DNA of 64,000 nt, from positions 32,001-96,000 of the forward strand of contig JANNXA010000055.1 in the NCBI GenBank assembly GCA_031409275.1, in the 5' to 3' direction. The first letter of the stretch is position 1. Each line of letters begins with the position of its first letter. Positions 40,169 through 50,224 of this stretch are shown here, piece after piece. Source of the DNA: Planctomycetota bacterium. GTDB taxonomy: Bacteria > Planctomycetota > B15-G4 > SIAN01. The position numbers and the translations under genes were made by a program. The notes under the pieces were generated by a model, which was given only the letters and a program-made list of their open reading frames with translations, had not been told where the DNA came from and did not search any database.

Positions 40169-40685
40169 CGCGACTCTCGCAGATCGCCATGCGGCCGCCT
40201 CGTCCGCAGATCGGCGAGATCGCCGTTCAGGTCAAGCGTCGCAGGTCCCACGCGGGCGCGTCGTTGCACTTCTCCGAAGTCTCCGACCGCGAAGTCGCTC
40301 TCGATGACCGGGCGCCGGTCAACGCCGTCAGCTGAAGTCGTGAGGACCCGAGCAGCCGGTGTGCTCACTTCGAGTCGCACCATGCTTCCCCCCTGCGACA
40401 ATGTCGGAGCTGTCCCTCCGCCGCCGGACGAGCGGGCGGTCACGAGGGAGCATCCCGTGAGCCTCGGCGATCAACAAGCCACTCAAATTCGTCTGGCTCA
40501 CCATAGGAGTGGCTTGCCGCGCGGGTCGGACGCTTCGACATCGAGACGTTCGGAGCGGTGTGTTCGTGTTTCGTTTGGTATCGCCGTTCAGCAAGCGATA
40601 ATCAGGAAGGCGAACGGGAACGCGCATTCATTGAAGGCGTCGGTACGGCGACATGGCGTGCCCGATCGCTTGGGGGGTACGGAAC

Positions 40686-42134
40686 ATGGCCACGCAGCCG
40701 CCGATCCGCGAAGTCGAGATGACGCTTGCCGACCTGCACGCGGCCCGCGCCGCCTACAACCCTCGCGTCATGCCCGAGCATGAGGCCGCCGCCCTCAAGA
40801 CATCGATCGAGCGCTTCGGGCTCGTCCAGCCGCTGATCTGGAACGCCCGCACCAAGCGCCTGGTCGGCGGCCATCAGCGCCTCGACGCCCTTCTCGCACT
40901 GGGTGAGACCCGTACAAAAGTGATCGTCGTCGACCTCGACGAGTGGGACGAGAAGGCGCTGAACCTCGCCTTGAACCGCGTCCACGGCGAGTGGGACTGG
41001 CCGAAGCTCGAGGCACTCCTGAATGAGCTTGCCGAACGCAATCCGGAGCTCCCTGCGATCGCCGGCTTCACCGACGCGGAGATGCAGCAGATCACCGACG
41101 AGGGGCACCTCCTCTACCTGCGGCTCAGCGAAACCAGGGCCGCTGCGCGCGCGGTTGAAGTCGCGGACGCGGCGGTCGTCGATCCGTCCGTGGACGACCA
41201 TGGCCCCGAAGCAGCGCCCGAGCAGCCGGTGACGCGGAGTGGCGATCTTTGGATCCTCGGCGAGCATCGCCTCCTCTGCGGCGACTCGACCAAGGCCGAA
41301 GATGTCACGCGCGTCCTGGCTGGCGAGCAGGCGACGCTGCTGGCCACCGACCCGCCCTACTGCGTCGACTACACCGGCACCAACCGCCCCACCCACGACG
41401 GCAAGCCGGGCGGCAAGGACTGGACCGACGTCTATCGCGAGATCGACATCGCCGACCTCGGGACGTTTCTCGATGGTTTTTTCACGGCTGCGATGCCGCA
41501 TCTGGCGCCGGATGCGCCGATCTATCTGTGGCATGCGCACATCCAGCAGCCGGTGATCCTCGCGACCTTCGCGAAGCACGGACTGCTCTTCCACCAAGTG
41601 ATCGTCTGGGTGAAGCCCGCTGGGGTCTTCGGCCACAGCTTCTTCCAGTGGCGCCACGAGCCGGCGGCCTTCGGCTGGCGTCAGGGCCACAAGCCTGAAC
41701 ACGGCCAAGCGCAGCTTGACACCGTCTGGGAGGTCGATTGGGATGGGAAGTCGAGGTTCTCGACGTTTCATCCGACCTCGAAGCCGCCGAAGCTGTTCGA
41801 GATCCCGATGGCGCTGCACACGAAGCCCGGCGACATCGTGCTCGAAGGGTTTTCAGGCAGCGGCAGCCAGATCATCGCGGCGGAGCGCATGGGCCGCCGT
41901 TGCCGCGCAATCGAACTGTCGCCAGCGTTTGTCGACGGGACGATCCTGCGCTGGCAGAAGGCGACCGGCAAGGTCGCGCGGCTGGCCATGGTGGCGGGCG
42001 CGAACGACGCGGGACCGAGCTTCGACGAGGTCAGCGCGCAGCGGCGTGCGGCGCCGGTGCCTGCCGAGCCGATGACCGCCGCGCCGACGCCCCCGCGCCG
42101 CAAGCGAGCCGCCCGCGCAGCGGCGGCGACCTGA
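40686..42134 (+). CDS. ParB-fused DNA methyltransferase (copy B)
   Basis: Same motifs as 8106-9590; close paralog. Confidence 0.9.
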   Translation: MATQPPIREVEMTLADLHAARAAYNPRVMPEHEAAALKTSIERFGLVQPLIWNARTKRLVGGHQRLDALLALGETRTKVIVVDLDEWDEKALNLALNRVHGEWDWPKLEALLNELAERNPELPAIAGFTDAEMQQITDEGHLLYLRLSETRAAARAVEVADAAVVDPSVDDHGPEAAPEQPVTRSGDLWILGEHRLLCGDSTKAEDVTRVLAGEQATLLATDPPYCVDYTGTNRPTHDGKPGGKDWTDVYREIDIADLGTFLDGFFTAAMPHLAPDAPIYLWHAHIQQPVILATFAKHGLLFHQVIVWVKPAGVFGHSFFQWRHEPAAFGWRQGHKPEHGQAQLDTVWEVDWDGKSRFSTFHPTSKPPKLFEIPMALHTKPGDIVLEGFSGSGSQIIAAERMGRRCRAIELSPAFVDGTILRWQKATGKVARLAMVAGANDAGPSFDEVSAQRRAAPVPAEPMTAAPTPPRRKRAARAAAAT

Positions 42135-42175
42135 TCCCGCGCGGCGATCCGAAGCGCTCGCAGTAGGAGTTTCGG

Positions 42176-42865
42176 TTGCAGGCGACCGTGGCCGCCCACG
42201 ACGAACCGCCCATCTCCGTCCGCGCCTACGCGCGCCGACGCGGAGTGAGCCACACTGCCGTGCAGCGCGCGATCGCCGATGGCCGCCTCGTGCGTTCGGT
42301 GCTCCGCGTCGGCGACGGGATGGCTCAGATCCTCCCGACCCTGGCGGATCGCGAATGGGACCGACGCACGAGCCCGGCGTTCAGCCGAATCGGCGAGCCG
42401 CACGCGACGCCACCACGACTCCCGATTGCGCCGCGCCCGGTCGCTCCTGCAGCACCGATCGCGCCGCGCCCAGATCCGCGCCCCGACGCACGCGGCGGCC
42501 CCGACGACTACCGCCGGACGCTCGTCGTCGAAAAGGTGGTCAAGACGCGGCTCGCGCAGGTCCAGCTCGACGAGCAGCTTGGCCGCTTGATCGACGCGAC
42601 CGACGCCGGCGACGCGCAGTTCGAGATCGCGCGCCTCGTCCGCAACCAGATCCAGGAACTGCCGGATCGGCTCGCGGGTGAACTCGCGCTCGAGAGCGAC
42701 GCGCATCGCGTACGCGAAATCCTCGCCCGCGAGATCGACGACGTGCTGCGCAAGCTCGCAACCCGGCTGCGGACGTTGGCGGCCACAGCCGGATCGGCAG
42801 CTGCCGGCGCGGCGCCAGGTCGCACCGCCACCGCGCCGGCGCCCACCGCCATGCCAGTGCAGTAG
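42176..42865 (+). CDS. Terminase small subunit, Nu1-like (copy B)
   Basis: AGGAG RBS before TTG; ISVRAYARRRGVSHTAVQRAI; paralog of 9617-10513. Confidence 0.75.
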   Translation: MQATVAAHDEPPISVRAYARRRGVSHTAVQRAIADGRLVRSVLRVGDGMAQILPTLADREWDRRTSPAFSRIGEPHATPPRLPIAPRPVAPAAPIAPRPDPRPDARGGPDDYRRTLVVEKVVKTRLAQVQLDEQLGRLIDATDAGDAQFEIARLVRNQIQELPDRLAGELALESDAHRVREILAREIDDVLRKLATRLRTLAATAGSAAAGAAPGRTATAPAPTAMPVQ

Positions 42866-42893
42866 GTCTTCGAATTCGCTGGAGGACGCCCGC

Positions 42894-44831
42894 GTGTCGA
42901 CCGCCCTCGAGCTCTTCGCCACTCGCTGGTCCGACGGCCTCATGCCCGACGAGAAGACCTCGATCTGCGCCTGGATCGAAGAGCACATCGTCCTCTCCGA
43001 CGGCGAGACCAGCGCGCCCGGCCCCTACCGCTTCCGCCGTGCGCCGTACATGCGTGACGTGCTCGAGGCACTTTCCCCCGACTCGCCGGTACAGCGCGTC
43101 CTCGGCATGAAGGGCGGCCAACTGGGCTGGACGATCGGCGCTGCGGCCTACGTCGGCTTCCTCATCTGCCAAGCGCCGCGCACGATCCTCTTCGTCTCGC
43201 CCACGGTCGACCTCGCGAAGCGCGCGTCGCGGCGCAAGGTTGGACCGATCTTCGAGCAGTCGGACGTGCTGCGCGATCGTGTCCGCGCATCGATCAGCCG
43301 CCGCTCTGGCAACACGACGCTGATGAAGGAGTTCTTGGGCGGGGCGCTGATTTTCGCCGGCGCGAACTCGGGCGCGGGGCTGCGCCAGACCTCGGCGGCG
43401 GTCGCCATCCTCGACGAGATCGACATCTACCCCGCGTCGCTCCCTGGCGAGGGCGACCCAGTGCTCCTCGCCGAACGCGCGACCAAGACGTTTCCGCGCC
43501 GCAAGCACCTCTACATTTCAACGCCGACCATCGCCGGTCGCTCGCGCATCGAGGAACTTTTCGAGCAGTCGGACCAGAGCCGCTACTTCGTGCCGTGTCC
43601 GCTTTGCGGGCACTTCCAACGACTGGTGTTCACGGACAAGGAGACCGGCCGGCACGCGCTGCGTTGGGAGGGCATGCCGCCGGATCTCAAGGTCTGGTAC
43701 GAGTGCGAAGCGTGCAGCCAGCCGATCGAGGAAGGCAAGAAGGCGTGGATGCTTGAGCGCGGCGAGTGGCGGGCGGCGGTACCGGCGCTCTCGAGCCGCT
43801 TCCGAGGCTTTCAGATTTCATCGCTCTACGCCGCGCCCGGCACGTTTTCGTGGACCGACGTCGTCGAGCAGTTCCTGGCCGCAAAGCAGGACGTCGAGAA
43901 GCTGCGCGTCTTCGTGAACCAGGTTCTCGGCGAGACCTGGGAAGAGCGCGGGGACGCGCCACCGTGGGAGGACCTTTACCGGCGGCGCGAGGTCTATCCA
44001 CGCGGCGTGGTGCCGATCGGCGGGCTCGTGCTCACCGCCGGCGCCGACGTGCAGCGCGACCGCATCGAAGTCGAGGTCGTGGCCTGGGGCGCCGGGCTCG
44101 AGTCCTGGTCGATCGACTACATCGTGATCGCCGGCGACTCGGCGACCGAAGCACCGTGGCGTGAACTCGACCGCATTTTCGATCGCCAGTGGAAGCACGC
44201 CGGCGGCCTACATCTGAAGATCCGCGCGCTCGCCGTCGACTCCGGCTTCGAGACCCAGGGCGTCTACAACTGGGTGCGCCGCAAGTCGGCCGACAGCGTG
44301 TTCGCAGTGAAGGGTTCGGATGCGGTGCCAGCGCTCGTCGGGCAACCAACCTACGTCGACTTCACCTGGCGCGGGAAGAAGGCGTACCGCGCGATCCGGC
44401 TCTGGCATGTCGGGGTCAGCGTCGCCAAGCGCGAGCTCTACGGCTGGCTACGGCTGCCGGTCCCGCTGAACGTGGCGAAGGGTGAGCCGTACCCCGCCGG
44501 CTTCGCGCACTTCCCGGAGTACTCCGAAGAGCACTTCAAGCAGCTGACGGCCGAGCAGCTGGTCGCACGCGCCCGCAAGCGCGACCACACGCTCGCCTAC
44601 GTCTGGACCAAGAAGCATGAGCGCAACGAGGCGCTCGACGCCCGCATCTACGCGCGCGCTGCCGCAGCGATCCTCGGCCTCGACCGCAATACCGACGCCG
44701 ACTGGAAGCAACTGGCCGCAGCGCTCGTGCGGCCAGAGGTCACGCCGGTGCGACCTGCGCCGAACCGTGGGCGCCCGCGCCGAGAGGGGTACTTCACCTC
44801 GCACCAAGACGGACGGTTTTTCGGCGACTGA
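42894..44831 (+). CDS. Terminase large subunit, gpA family (copy B)
   Basis: GGAGGA RBS, GTG start; ATPase, Zn and nuclease motifs as in copy A. Confidence 0.92.
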   Translation: MSTALELFATRWSDGLMPDEKTSICAWIEEHIVLSDGETSAPGPYRFRRAPYMRDVLEALSPDSPVQRVLGMKGGQLGWTIGAAAYVGFLICQAPRTILFVSPTVDLAKRASRRKVGPIFEQSDVLRDRVRASISRRSGNTTLMKEFLGGALIFAGANSGAGLRQTSAAVAILDEIDIYPASLPGEGDPVLLAERATKTFPRRKHLYISTPTIAGRSRIEELFEQSDQSRYFVPCPLCGHFQRLVFTDKETGRHALRWEGMPPDLKVWYECEACSQPIEEGKKAWMLERGEWRAAVPALSSRFRGFQISSLYAAPGTFSWTDVVEQFLAAKQDVEKLRVFVNQVLGETWEERGDAPPWEDLYRRREVYPRGVVPIGGLVLTAGADVQRDRIEVEVVAWGAGLESWSIDYIVIAGDSATEAPWRELDRIFDRQWKHAGGLHLKIRALAVDSGFETQGVYNWVRRKSADSVFAVKGSDAVPALVGQPTYVDFTWRGKKAYRAIRLWHVGVSVAKRELYGWLRLPVPLNVAKGEPYPAGFAHFPEYSEEHFKQLTAEQLVARARKRDHTLAYVWTKKHERNEALDARIYARAAAAILGLDRNTDADWKQLAAALVRPEVTPVRPAPNRGRPRREGYFTSHQDGRFFGD

Positions 44832-44933
44832 GGGCACGTTCGCCGCAACCGAAGGGTCGTTGGGGGGCAGGGCGGATCGGGTCCGGCCGATGCTCTGGGG
44901 TGGGCACCGACCGCGAATCGGAGCGCGGGATGG

Positions 44934-45116
44934 ACTGGCAACCTGGGAGTGGCACGTTGCCACCGGGGCGCCCTAAGTTGCCACCCGCCGCCCTCCGGAG
45001 GCGTCCCCGGAGAACCGTGGCCATCCTCTGGGTGGCAACGCCGAATTCCTGAACCGTTGGTAGCGACGTTCCGCGCGCGAGCGTCACCCCCGGAGAAAAG
45101 AGGGCGGGAAGGACCC
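44934..45116 (-). promoter_or_regulatory. Putative cos packaging site B
   Basis: Minus strand GGGTCCT (45116-45110), 20 nt, GGGTGACGCTCG (45089-45078); TGGCAAC/GTTGCCA repeats in 44936-45039. Confidence 0.65.
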
Positions 45117-45321
45117 AACGTGGGGGGCATGGGGCCGGCTCGCCCGGGCGCCCGCGTCGCGCACGACGTTGGCTCGTGGCGCGCACCTCCCGCGAGCGCC
45201 TGCAAAGTGCGACGGATGTTGCAGGGCATCATCCTGCGTCTCCTTTCCACCGATGCGCCCCCTGCTCTTCCGTTCTAGTTTTTGGTGGCAGACATTTCTC
45301 GGCATCCGACTGGAGGCGGGC

Positions 45322-46140
45322 GTGAACGAATCCAACACGGGCTCTCGCAAGTCCCCGCGTTCCTCAACGTCTGCGACCCGCCGCCGCACCCGTCGCACCC
45401 AGCCGTCGCCGATCGAGCCCGTGCTCGATAGCTGCTTTCACGCTCTGCGACACTTGGTTCGCATGCAGCGCGCGATCATTCACCTGTCTCGTCCATCTGA
45501 AGGCGCGGTCGCAAACACCGCCGCGATCGAACGCCAGCTTGCTGAATCGTGGGACTTGATCTGGCGCCAGTCACGCGCGTGGTCGACATGGATTGAAGAA
45601 CCGAACGTCTCGAAACTCCTCAACGCCGCCCAAGAGACCACCCGAGAAGTTGCTCGCCTCGCGTTGAGGCTGCACCGTGTCGGAGGTCACATCTTGAGGT
45701 TGTCGGATGTGTTAGATCAGTGCGTGACCATCACGACGATGGATGCGGACGGCAGGACTCCTAAGTCACAGTCGACCGAGCCCATTTGCCTCCAAACCTC
45801 GGCGTCGATGGCCGACATCAAGGCCTACCTGGCTCAAGTCGATCTACCGTCGCTTCAAGCCGCCGCCGACGAGCTTCGGCTTCGGTTGGTCGGCAGCTTC
45901 GTGCCAACGAGAAACCAACGTCGGCTGCACGAAACACTGACGGCCCATGGTCCGCTGAAAAAGGAGGCACTGGCGGCGCGATTGAAAGCGGACCCGTCGA
46001 AGTTGTACGACCGCTGGGGGCTTACGCAGCTGATGGACCTTGAATACGTCGCTTCCGGTTCAGATGGTTACTCCGCCATCGGCGAGTTACCGCGTGCTTC
46101 GCCTCGGGCGAAAAACCGACGGAGCTTGGCCCCAATCTGA
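45322..46140 (+). CDS. Hypothetical protein with C-terminal winged-helix-like domain
   Basis: GGAGG RBS; TRNQRRLHETL..LKKEALAARL..LTQLMDLEYV. Confidence 0.55.
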   Translation: MNESNTGSRKSPRSSTSATRRRTRRTQPSPIEPVLDSCFHALRHLVRMQRAIIHLSRPSEGAVANTAAIERQLAESWDLIWRQSRAWSTWIEEPNVSKLLNAAQETTREVARLALRLHRVGGHILRLSDVLDQCVTITTMDADGRTPKSQSTEPICLQTSASMADIKAYLAQVDLPSLQAAADELRLRLVGSFVPTRNQRRLHETLTAHGPLKKEALAARLKADPSKLYDRWGLTQLMDLEYVASGSDGYSAIGELPRASPRAKNRRSLAPI

Positions 46141-46262
46141 CCCCCATCGCTCCGGGGGAATCGCCGAAGTCCGAGACCTAAAGTGCCTCCTGACGTCGTC
46201 GTTCACATCGTCTTTGCTTTCCCTCGCTCGCCCAGCGAATCGCTGGCGACCGGGGGCAAACG

Positions 46263-46574
46263 ATGGCCAACGATGAACCGCTCATCACGCTCGCTCTGGC
46301 TGCCAAGCTTCAATGGCTGCCGCGACGGCGCAAGGGCGCCCGGCCGCACCTAACCACCCTCCTGCGTTGGGTGAAAGTCGGAATCGCCGGCATCCGACTC
46401 AGGGCTTGGCGGGTCGGCAACGCCTGGTGCACAACCGAAGGCAGCCTTCGAGAGTTCTTCGCTGAACTCGCCGTCTCGCCAAAGATCTCCGTCGCGCTCG
46501 GCGACGACCGCACAGCCGGGGTTGCGCGACGACGACTCCTGACGCGTGCGCAGAGTGACGGCACCGATGCCTGA
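46263..46574 (+). CDS. DUF1580-like HTH protein
   Basis: PLITLALAAK..RPHLTTLLRWVKVG..GIRLRAWRVG..WCTTEGSLREFF. Confidence 0.75.
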   Translation: MANDEPLITLALAAKLQWLPRRRKGARPHLTTLLRWVKVGIAGIRLRAWRVGNAWCTTEGSLREFFAELAVSPKISVALGDDRTAGVARRRLLTRAQSDGTDA

Positions 46575-49047
46575 GCTCGCTCACGTTCGACGGTTGCTCA
46601 ATCTTCTCGAGAACGCCAAACCGGCTGGCGCTCAGTGGAAGGCGCGTTGTCCAGCCCATGAGGACAAGAGTCCCTCCCTCTCGATCTGCATCGGCAGCGG
46701 CGGGATGGTTCTCCTGAAGTGCTTCGCCGGCTGCACCGTCGAGAGCGTAGTCTCCAAGCTGAACCTCACGCTGCGCGACCTCCGGCCGGACGACGGCGCC
46801 GACACGCGGCCGCCCGCGCGCAGCAGGACGAGGCGGGCGACGCCGGCCTTCGCGACGCTCGACGAGGCTGCGCAGCGGGCGACGCCCAGACGTTACAAGC
46901 TCGTCGCGACCTGGACCTATCACGACGCCGACGGCAGGGATGCGTTCTGGGTCTGCCGCTACAACGCGGTCGTCCCGCCGAAGGACAGCGCGAAGCCCAA
47001 CAAGACGTTTCGGCCGATACATCGAACTGCCGAGGGATTCGTAGTCCGCGATCCGCCCGGCATGTTGCCGCTCTACCGCCTCCCCGACCTGCGCGCGGCA
47101 CCGGCTGCGACCGTCTTCCTCCCCGAGGGCGAGCGGAAGGCTGACCTGCTCGCCTCTCTCGGGCTCGTCGCGACGACGACGGCGCACGGTGCCGAGTCGC
47201 CGAAGAAGACCGACTTGTCGGCCCTGGCCGGCCGCGACGTGGTGCTCCTGCCCGACAACGACGACGCCGGCATGAAGTACGCGCAGGTGATCGTCGCGCT
47301 CCTGCACGCCCTCACGCCGCACGCCAAGGTGCGCATCGTCCACCTCCCCGACCTGCCGGCGAAGGGCGACGCGGTCGAGTTCATCATCGACCGCCGCGCG
47401 AAGGGCAAGAGCGACGTCGAGATCCGCCGCGAGATCGATGAGCACGCGGCAAACGCGAGCGTGGTGCCATGTCCGCCACACGCATCGCGAGCTCGTCCAC
47501 GAGTGGCGTCTCGAGACGGCGGGCTACCACGCATTATCGTGACCGATCGCCCCCTGCGCGACATCGTCGACGACGCCGTGCGCGCGATCGACGCGCAAAA
47601 CCATCCACCTGTCATCTTTCAGCAGTCGGGATCCGTGGTACGCGTCTGCATTGACGACCACGAAACTCCAATCATCCAACGGATGGACGAAGCACGGATG
47701 ATCGAGGCGCTGACGCGCGCGTCCGATCTGTTCAAGGTCCTCAAGAAGGAATTCGTCCACGTCTCGCCATCAAAGGTCGTCGCGCAGACCATCCTGGCAC
47801 TCAAGACGTTTCCCTTCCCATCGCTCGAAGCAATCACCGAGATCCCGGTTCTGCGCTCGAGCGGCACAATCCTTTCGACGCCGGGCTACGACCCCGAGAC
47901 CCGTCTCCTCTACTCCCCGGCTTCGGGGCTGACGGTTCCCGTAGTCCCCGAATCGCCGGACGCGGACCAGATCGCCGCAGCGAGCGCGCTGCTCCGCGAA
48001 GTCATCTGCGATTTTCCGTTCGCCGACAACGCCAGTCGCACGAACGCGGTCGCGCTCATGCTGACGCCAACCCTGCGTCCGGCGATCGACGGCCACGTAC
48101 CTCTCGCGATCGCCGACGCGCCGCGCATGGGCACCGGCAAGTCGCTCCTGGTGTCGGCGAACGCGCTGATTAGCACTGGGCGGGCGGCCGCGATGATGAG
48201 CGTGCCGGAGAACGAGGCGGAATGGCGCAAGCAGCTCACGAGCGTGTTGGCGACCGGCGACACGTACGTCACCATCGACAACGTCGAGGGCGTACTGCGG
48301 TCGCCCAGCCTCTCGCGTTTCCTCACCTGTAGCACATGGGTGGACCGGCTCTTGGGCGGCAACGACCGGCCCAAGTTGCCGCAACGCACGACCTGCTGCG
48401 CGAACGGCAACAACGTACAGGTGCTGGGGGATCTCCGGCGGCGCTGCTACCGCATCCGGCTGGATGCGCAGCTGGCGAAACCGTGGACGCGGAGCGGCTT
48501 TCGCCACCCTGAGCTACTCGCTTGGGTCACCATCAACCGAGGCGCGATCCTCGCCGCAATCCTCACTCTCGCGCGAGCGTGGTTTGCGGCGGGAAGGCCG
48601 TCCTCCAACGGAGCTCGATTCGGAGGCTTCGACGGCTGGGCGAAGACCGTCGGCGGCGTGCTCATCCGCGCCGGCTTTGAGGACTTCCTCGGCAATCAAG
48701 ACGAGTTCTTCGAGCAGATAAGCAGCGAGGACACCGAGTGGGAGGTGTTCCTCGCGACCTGGCGCGATGTGTTCGGATCGACTCCGATCACGGTCGCACA
48801 ACTCGTCGAGCGCATCCAGATCGACGACAAGTTGAAGGGGGCGCTTCCTGGCCCCCTCGCGGAGTACATCCCGGCGGCACCGGGGAGAAACCTCGCAATG
48901 CGCCTGGGCAAGGCGCTCGTCGCGCGCTGCGACACGCGGTACGGCGAGCAGGGGTTCCACCTCCGCCGCGCAAGCCGCGACGCCCACGCCAAGACGAACT
49001 GCTGGCGCGTGGTGACCAACCAGGAGGCGCACCATGAGCAGGTCTAG
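46567..49047 (+). CDS. Primase-helicase (Zn finger + TOPRIM + P-loop domain)
   Basis: CPAHEDKSPSL..CFAGC; PEGERKAD, LPDND; APRMGTGKS, TIDNV, GNN. Confidence 0.85.
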   Translation: MPELAHVRRLLNLLENAKPAGAQWKARCPAHEDKSPSLSICIGSGGMVLLKCFAGCTVESVVSKLNLTLRDLRPDDGADTRPPARSRTRRATPAFATLDEAAQRATPRRYKLVATWTYHDADGRDAFWVCRYNAVVPPKDSAKPNKTFRPIHRTAEGFVVRDPPGMLPLYRLPDLRAAPAATVFLPEGERKADLLASLGLVATTTAHGAESPKKTDLSALAGRDVVLLPDNDDAGMKYAQVIVALLHALTPHAKVRIVHLPDLPAKGDAVEFIIDRRAKGKSDVEIRREIDEHAANASVVPCPPHASRARPRVASRDGGLPRIIVTDRPLRDIVDDAVRAIDAQNHPPVIFQQSGSVVRVCIDDHETPIIQRMDEARMIEALTRASDLFKVLKKEFVHVSPSKVVAQTILALKTFPFPSLEAITEIPVLRSSGTILSTPGYDPETRLLYSPASGLTVPVVPESPDADQIAAASALLREVICDFPFADNASRTNAVALMLTPTLRPAIDGHVPLAIADAPRMGTGKSLLVSANALISTGRAAAMMSVPENEAEWRKQLTSVLATGDTYVTIDNVEGVLRSPSLSRFLTCSTWVDRLLGGNDRPKLPQRTTCCANGNNVQVLGDLRRRCYRIRLDAQLAKPWTRSGFRHPELLAWVTINRGAILAAILTLARAWFAAGRPSSNGARFGGFDGWAKTVGGVLIRAGFEDFLGNQDEFFEQISSEDTEWEVFLATWRDVFGSTPITVAQLVERIQIDDKLKGALPGPLAEYIPAAPGRNLAMRLGKALVARCDTRYGEQGFHLRRASRDAHAKTNCWRVVTNQEAHHEQV

Positions 49048-49051
49048 ATTC

Positions 49052-49169
49052 TGCGGGGCTTGCGGAGGTTGCGGGGCTTGTTTTCGCGCATTCCCATGTG
49101 AATTCACCACCTCGGTTTTCTTTCGCGCGACGAGTGAAACAACCACCGCAAGACCCGCAAGACCCGCAG
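49052..49169. repeat. Inverted arrays of 9-bp repeats (candidate replication origin)
   Basis: TGCGGGGCT TGCGGAGGT TGCGGGGCT ... CCGCAAGAC CCGCAAGAC CCGCAG around a T-richer spacer, right after the primase stop. Confidence 0.75.
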
Positions 49170-49263
49170 TCCAGATCGTGCCTCCGTCTGGCGTACCTCG
49201 GCGTGCGGCCGCCGTCGGCGTTTGCGCCCACCAGCTCATCCGCCACCATCGAGCCGGCGTGCG

Positions 49264-49560
49264 ATGACAGACATTTTGCGCGTCTCCAACTTTCGCTTCA
49301 CCGCGAGAAACGAGGCCACTGCCAAGGCCGACCGTCTCGGCCGCCTCGCGTTCGACGTCGGCCCGCTCCATGTCAGCGGCGTGCAACTCCATCGATCCGC
49401 TGACGGCCGGATCCACCTCTCGTTCCGGAGCTTCGGCCGCATCGACCGGCGCGGCCGCCAGCACCTCGGGCTACGCCCCAAGGACGACGACGCTCGCCTC
49501 GCCTTGGAGATCGCGATCTTCACCGCGCTGCGAATCAGGTCGGAGGAGGCGGCGCGATGA
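49264..49560 (+). CDS. SpoVG-like small protein
   Basis: LGRLAFDVG.LHVSGVQLHRSADGRIHLSF..RP..D pattern. Confidence 0.5.
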   Translation: MTDILRVSNFRFTARNEATAKADRLGRLAFDVGPLHVSGVQLHRSADGRIHLSFRSFGRIDRRGRQHLGLRPKDDDARLALEIAIFTALRIRSEEAAR

Positions 49561-49766
49561 ACATCACCGTTTACGCGCCAGAGGCGATGAAGCCCTCTGA
49601 TCGCAAGACCGAAATCGCGGCCCTTCTCGCGATCGCGTTCGTCCGTCTGCTCGCCCGCCGGAACGGCCTTGCAATGACCTCCCGAGGCGAGCCCTCATGC
49701 ACCACGGTTGACGGCCGGGAGAGGCGGGGTCGCCTCGCGCCGACGACCAGGAGGGAGGTCCGATGA
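49557..49766 (+). CDS. Small conserved protein preceding DUF2924 (copy B)
   Basis: DRKTEIAALLAIAFVRLL..GEPSC; paralog of 16284-16496. Confidence 0.65.
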   Translation: MNITVYAPEAMKPSDRKTEIAALLAIAFVRLLARRNGLAMTSRGEPSCTTVDGRERRGRLAPTTRREVR

Positions 49767-50224
49767 CGAAAACGATGCAGCAGGAGATCGCCGCGTTGCA
49801 CGCGCTCGACGTGCCCGCGCTGGTCGCGCGGTTCGGCGAGTTGTTCGGCAAGCCGCCACGGTCGAAGCACCGCGCGTGGCTGCTGAAGAGGTGCGCCCAT
49901 CAGCTCCAACTCGCGCGCTGCGGCGGGCTCTCGGAGGTCGCGCGGAAGCGTCTCGCCGAGCTGATGGCCGAGATCGACTTGCCGATCGAGCCGGTAGACG
50001 CGACGACCGGCACGCTCGCGCGCGCGAAGCAGCGCGGGCTCACGCTCGGGACGACCTACACGCGCATCTGGCGGGATCGCGAGGTCCGCGTCGTGGTCGT
50101 CGACGGCGGGTTTGAGCACGAGGGCATCGTCCACAAGAGCCTGAGCGCCGCCGTGCGCGCGATCACCGGTGCGAAGTGGAACCCGTCGATCTTCTTCGGT
50201 CTCAAGTCGAGGAAGACCACGTGA
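49763..50224 (+). CDS. DUF2924 family protein (copy B)
   Basis: GGLSEVAR..GTTYTRIWR..KSLSAAVRAITGAKWN..FFGL. Confidence 0.88.
   Translation: MTKTMQQEIAALHALDVPALVARFGELFGKPPRSKHRAWLLKRCAHQLQLARCGGLSEVARKRLAELMAEIDLPIEPVDATTGTLARAKQRGLTLGTTYTRIWRDREVRVVVVDGGFEHEGIVHKSLSAAVRAITGAKWNPSIFFGLKSRKTT

Noticed and set aside
40686..44831. Assembly artefact duplicating element A
   Set aside because: The copies differ by many substitutions, indels and whole modules
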